From Actinomycetota bacterium (lineage in GTDB: Bacteria; Actinomycetota; UBA4738; HRBIN12): 64,000 bases of DNA. Positions 60,098 to 64,000 of this stretch are shown here, in pieces. The notes under the pieces are model-generated. The model was not told the origin of the DNA. It did no database searches and saw nothing but the letters and a program-made list of their open reading frames with translations. The stretch is from positions 64,922 to 128,921 of the forward strand of contig BPGL01000001.1 of NCBI GenBank assembly GCA_026003015.1, read 5' to 3'. Both the position numbers and the translations under genes were made by a program. Position 1 is the stretch's first letter. Each line of letters opens with the position of its first letter.

Positions 60098-60901
60098 GTG
60101 AGCGCGCCCGTGCACGTCGAGGTCGACGGGGCGGTCGGGGTGATCCGGCTCGACCGGCCGCCGGCCAACGCGATCGACCTGGCGACCGGGCTCGCGCTGC
60201 AGGAGGCGATCCGCGAGGTCGGCGCCCGCCCCGAGGTGGGGGCCGTCGTGGTCTGGGGGGGGCCGCGCCTGTTCGCGGCGGGGGCCGACATCCGGGCGAT
60301 GGCCGAGTGGGGGCCCGAGGAGGTCCGGCCGTCGGTGGACGCGCTGGGAGCGGCCTGCGACCTGCTCGAGGAGCTGCCCAAGCCGGTGATCGCCGCGGTC
60401 ACCGGCTACGCGCTCGGCGGCGGGCTCGAGCTCGCGCTCGCCTGCGATCTCCGCTACCTCGCCCACGACGCGCTGCTCGGTCAGCCGGAGATCCGGATCG
60501 GCGTGATCCCGGGCGCCGGAGGGACCCAGCGCCTCGTTCCCCTGATCGGGCCGGGGCGCACCCGCGAGCTCGTGTACACGGGGCGGACGGTCGACGCCGA
60601 GGAGGCGCTGCGGATCGGCCTGGCCGAGCGGGTGGTGCCGGCGGCGGAGGTGTTCGAGACCGCGGTGGCCGACGCCCGCTCGCTCGCCGACGGTCCGCGG
60701 GGGGCGCTCGCCGCGGCCAAGCGGGCGATCCGGGCGGCGCTCACCGAGCCCGGCGCCCGGGGGATCCGGCGTGAGCGCGAGCTGTTCCTCGGGCTGTTCG
60801 GGACGCCCGATCAGCGGGAGGGGATGCGCGCGTTCCTGGACAAGCGTCAGCCTCGTTTCGGCGCGTCCGTGGATCGTCCCGGCGCGGCTCGTGGGGACTG
60901 A
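60098..60901 (+). CDS. Enoyl-CoA hydratase/isomerase family protein
   Basis: FAAGADI, ALGGGLELALACD, GQPE...PGAGGTQRL. Confidence 0.93.
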   Translation: MSAPVHVEVDGAVGVIRLDRPPANAIDLATGLALQEAIREVGARPEVGAVVVWGGPRLFAAGADIRAMAEWGPEEVRPSVDALGAACDLLEELPKPVIAAVTGYALGGGLELALACDLRYLAHDALLGQPEIRIGVIPGAGGTQRLVPLIGPGRTRELVYTGRTVDAEEALRIGLAERVVPAAEVFETAVADARSLADGPRGALAAAKRAIRAALTEPGARGIRRERELFLGLFGTPDQREGMRAFLDKRQPRFGASVDRPGAARGD

Positions 60902-60960
60902 CCCGGCCTCCGCGGGCCCAGGGCGGGTCCGCGCCGGCGGGGGTGGACCGGTGCCGCGGG

Positions 60961-60986
60961 GGAATGAACCGCACAGGCGGCGGGTT
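60961..60986 (+). promoter_or_regulatory. SigR/SigH-type ECF sigma promoter
   Basis: GGAAT-N18-GTT exact spacing, upstream of the small Zn-finger ORF. Confidence 0.55.
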
Positions 60987-61047
60987 CGAATCAGGTGACG
61001 AGGGGCCCGCACCTCGTCCGCCGTCGGGGCCTCTCGTGGGAAGGGAC

Positions 61048-61260
61048 GTGACCGACGTGGCAGAGGAGAGGTTCCGAGGGGCCCCCGTTCGCTCGCTGCC
61101 TCGGCCGAACCGGCAGTACGAGCCGGGTCGGGTGTGCGCGCAGCCCGGCTGCGGGACGCGCCTGTCCCGCTACAACAAGTGGCGGTTCTGCTGGCAGCAC
61201 GAGCCCGTGCACGCCTACGTGCCGCGGGGCAAGCGGCGCAGCAAGCGCGCGGCCGCCTGA
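61048..61260 (+). CDS. Small basic C3H-type putative Zn-binding protein
   Basis: C-x4-C-x12-C-x2-H (CAQPGC...CWQH); basic tail; GGAAGGG RBS. Confidence 0.7.
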   Translation: MTDVAEERFRGAPVRSLPRPNRQYEPGRVCAQPGCGTRLSRYNKWRFCWQHEPVHAYVPRGKRRSKRAAA

Positions 61261-61367
61261 GGACCGTCGGCGCCGCCGCGGCGGGGACCGCGGCCTCGCT
61301 CAAGCGCGGGGCTCGCCCGACCGATGCTCGTGTCGGGACCGCTCCCCCCCGAGGCGCGGCGCCGAGC

Positions 61368-61550
61368 ATGGCCAACGACACCACCGAGCACCCACCCATG
61401 CGCACGGGCGATTGCCCGTACTGCGAGCGAACCGTGCTCGTCTACGAGGACCCGCCCCGCTGCCCGCTGTGCGCATGCCCCCTCGACGAGGCGACGATGC
61501 AGCCGTTCGTCCTGCCCACCGAGGGCGAGCCCCGCGGGGACGATCGGTAG
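61368..61550 (+). CDS. Small CxxC-x12-CxxC zinc-ribbon protein
   Basis: CPYC...CPLC; GC3-rich codons; alternative ATG at 61398. Confidence 0.6.
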   Translation: MANDTTEHPPMRTGDCPYCERTVLVYEDPPRCPLCACPLDEATMQPFVLPTEGEPRGDDR

Positions 61551-61586
61551 CTCGTCGGGGCTTGCCGTCGCCCCGGCGAGGCGGGC

Positions 61587-63353
61587 TCACCCCAGGCGGG
61601 CGTCGCGCCAGCCGCGGACCGAGTTGATGACCGCGAGGGCCTCGGCGTCCTCGAGCTCGGCGAGCGTGATCGGGCGCTCGGCGATCCGTCCCGCGTCGAG
61701 CAGGGCGGCCCGCTCGATGCCCGGCAGCAGCCCCGCGTCGAGGGGGGGTGTCCACCACCGCCCGTCGAGGCGCACGACGAGGTTGCCGATCGTCGTCTCC
61801 GTGACCTCGCCGTGGACGTTCACGAGCACGACGTCGTCGGCGTCGGGATGGCGTCCCCGAGCCTCGTCGTAGCGGCCACGCAGCGACGTCTTGTGGTAGA
61901 GGAGCTCGTCGCGGGGGTCGACCGGGTGGTCGCGGTCGATCGCGAGCCGTACCGGCCCGGGCGCCTGTGCGAGCGGCGCGATCCCGGTACGGACGCGACC
62001 GCGGCGATCGAGCAGGACCCGAACGCGCGCGGGCCGATCGGGGACGCGGCGCACGGCGCGCTCCATCGCCTCGACCACTCGTTCGCGCTCGAACACGTAG
62101 CCGAAGTACCCCGCGGAGTCGCGCAGGCGGCGGAGGTGGCGCTCGAGGTGGCGGAACCCCACGCCGGGGTCGTGCCGCACGGTCTCGAGCAGCTCGAAGG
62201 CCGGGCGACGAGCGACGAGGACCCGGGCCTTGGCCACGATCTCCTCGTACTCGGACTCGGCGCGGGAATCCCAGGTGATCCCGCCCCCAACCCCGTACTC
62301 CGCGATGCCGGTCGCCGCCTCGATCACCACGGTGCGGATCGCCACGCTGAAGCGGGCGCGCGGGTCGCCGGCGTCGGGGGGCGCGAGATAGCCGACCGCC
62401 CCGCAGTACACGCCGCGCGGGGCGTCCTCGAGCTCGGCGATGATCCCCATCGTCGAGGCCTTCGGCGCGCCGGTGACCGACCCGCTGGGGAACAGCGCGC
62501 GCATCACCGCCACGAGGTCGGTCCCCGGCTCGAGGTCAGCGGCGACGGTCGAGGTCAGCTGCCACACGGTCTCGTAGCGCTCCGGCTCGAACACGTCGTT
62601 CCAGCGGACCGATCCGGGCCGCGCGATGCGCCCGAGGTCGTTGCGGAGCAGGTCCACGATCATCGCGTTCTCGGCGCGGTCCTTGACCGAGGTCGTGAGG
62701 CGCGCCCGGACCCGCTCGTCCTCCGCAAGGAGCCGTCCGCGGGGAGCCGTCCCCTTCATCGGGCGGGTGGTGATCGTGGGGCCGTCGATCCGGAAGAACA
62801 GCTCCGGGGAGGCCGAGCAGATGCGGAACGCGCCGGTGTCGAGGTAGGCGGCGTAGGCGCATCGCTGGGCGTAGCACAGGTCCCGGTACAGTCCGCGCGG
62901 GTCGCCGGCGAGGCGGGCCCGCAGCCGGATCGTGTGGTTCACCTGGTAGGTGTCGCCGGCCGCGATGCGCTCGCGGATCGCCGCGACGGCGGCCTCGTAG
63001 CGCTCGCGGCCCACCGTGGCGCGCCACGCGAGCAAGGCGGGCGCGGCGGCGCTCGACGGCTCGGGCAGCACGGTCTCCTCCCGGCGGGCGAAGATCGCGA
63101 ACCAGGCGAGCGGGAGTGCCGCGAACGGGTCGTCGGGCGCGGGCGTTCGCACCCGCAGGGTCGCGTCGAACCCGGGGGCGGCCTCATAGGCGAGGAACCC
63201 CGCGACCCAGGCGCCCCGGGCCGCGGCCGCTTCGGCCGCCGCGACGACCTCGGGGACCTCAGACGGCCGCGTGGCGGCGAGCACGCCGATCGGCTCGGCG
63301 AGGCGGAAGCTCGCCTGCCCGCCGGTCAGGTCGTCGAAGCGCGCCAGGACCAC
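61587..63353 (-). CDS. pabB: Aminodeoxychorismate synthase component I fused to ADC lyase (PabB-PabC)
   Basis: SPELF, RPMKGT, ENAMIVDLLRND, GSVTGAPK; C-terminal class-IV PLP domain with HKT and GLLPGI. Confidence 0.92.
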   Translation of the reverse strand: MVLARFDDLTGGQASFRLAEPIGVLAATRPSEVPEVVAAAEAAAARGAWVAGFLAYEAAPGFDATLRVRTPAPDDPFAALPLAWFAIFARREETVLPEPSSAAAPALLAWRATVGRERYEAAVAAIRERIAAGDTYQVNHTIRLRARLAGDPRGLYRDLCYAQRCAYAAYLDTGAFRICSASPELFFRIDGPTITTRPMKGTAPRGRLLAEDERVRARLTTSVKDRAENAMIVDLLRNDLGRIARPGSVRWNDVFEPERYETVWQLTSTVAADLEPGTDLVAVMRALFPSGSVTGAPKASTMGIIAELEDAPRGVYCGAVGYLAPPDAGDPRARFSVAIRTVVIEAATGIAEYGVGGGITWDSRAESEYEEIVAKARVLVARRPAFELLETVRHDPGVGFRHLERHLRRLRDSAGYFGYVFERERVVEAMERAVRRVPDRPARVRVLLDRRGRVRTGIAPLAQAPGPVRLAIDRDHPVDPRDELLYHKTSLRGRYDEARGRHPDADDVVLVNVHGEVTETTIGNLVVRLDGRWWTPPLDAGLLPGIERAALLDAGRIAERPITLAELEDAEALAVINSVRGWRDARLG

Positions 63354-63408
63354 GCGCTCACGATACGTGGAGCCGCGCGACGGCTCGGGTCCGGGTAGCC
63401 TGGTCGGC

Positions 63409-64000
63409 GTGCGAACGCGCGGTTCGGTCCTCGTCGCGATGTCGGGTGGCGTCGACTCCGCGGTGGCCGCGTGCCTGCTCGCGCGCGGCGGCTACGCGGT
63501 GACCGGCGTGCACCTCGAGCTCGTCCCTCCCGGCGGGGAGGTCGACCACGGGTGCTGCGGCCCGACGGCCCGGGCCGACGCCGAACGCTCGGCGCGGGCG
63601 GCCGGGATCCCCTTCGAGGTGGTCGACGTCTCGGAGGTCTTCGAGCGCACGGTGCTGGCCGACTTCGTCGCCGAGCACCGTGCCGGCAGGACCCCGAACC
63701 CGTGCATCGGCTGCAACGCCTCGATCAAGTTCGGCGTCTTCGTGACCCTCGCCGATGCGCGCGGTGTGGAGCACGTCGCGACCGGACACCATGCGCGGCG
63801 CGTCCGGGCTGCCGACGGCACCTGGCGTCTGTTGCGGGCGGTCGATCGGCGCAAGGATCAGAGCTACCTCCTGCACGTCCTCGGCCAGGCGGAGCTCGCC
63901 CGTTCGCTGTTCCCGATCGGGGAGCGCACGAAGGCCGAGGTACGGGAGCTGGCGGCCGCCTTCGGGCTCCCGGTCGCGGCGAAGCCCGACTCGCAGGAGC
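63409..64000 (+). CDS. mnmA: tRNA 2-thiouridine(34) synthase, 3'-truncated by window edge
   Basis: Not in the ORF track; reads VLVAMSGGVDS, CC, TPNPCIGCN, ATGH, KDQSY, KPDSQ. Confidence 0.95.
   Translation, partial: MRTRGSVLVAMSGGVDSAVAACLLARGGYAVTGVHLELVPPGGEVDHGCCGPTARADAERSARAAGIPFEVVDVSEVFERTVLADFVAEHRAGRTPNPCIGCNASIKFGVFVTLADARGVEHVATGHHARRVRAADGTWRLLRAVDRRKDQSYLLHVLGQAELARSLFPIGERTKAEVRELAAAFGLPVAAKPDSQE

Noticed and set aside
60979..60995. GGTTCGAATC resembling a tRNA T-loop or att site
   Set aside because: No T-stem pairing or cloverleaf around it; better explained as the -10 region of an ECF promoter
61587..63353. PabB-PabC fusion as a novelty
   Set aside because: This fusion is already known in many bacteria

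Overview
High-GC chromosomal segment of a probably deep-branching actinomycete (proteasome activator Bpa, Nur-like regulator, GGSG-E-type RpiB, Asp-type MurA). Most of it is the conserved tRNA-Arg(CCG)-argS-lysA-hom-thrC-thrB-...-rho-rpmE-prfA-prmC-tsaC-ptp-rpiB-glyA-wecA-atp operon-murA backbone. Accessory modules are interspersed. (1) An archaeal-type cyclic 2,3-diphosphoglycerate (cDPG) locus sits between thrB and rho: calcineurin-like phosphodiesterase, cpgS and 2-phosphoglycerate kinase; the phosphodiesterase is a candidate cDPG hydrolase. (2) A light-response neighbourhood holds a CarH/LitR-type B12 photoreceptor with readable 11-bp operator repeats over a DUF378 promoter, plus an SDR-heliorhodopsin operon. 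(3) LysA carries an in-frame C-terminal GNAT acetyltransferase. (4) An AT-richer glycine-betaine ABC cassette has an (AC)9 microsatellite just upstream. (5) There are two polyamine ABC systems, a Nur-controlled NikMNQO-type ECF transporter, a degraded IS110 remnant, and small Zn-finger ORFs behind a SigR/SigH-type promoter. Many genes look leaderless. Several single-base anomalies (tRNA stem, response regulator, SDR start, a secreted protein) may be sequencing errors. No CRISPR array, rRNA, integrase or prophage was seen. All calls come from motif recognition by eye; no database searches were run.
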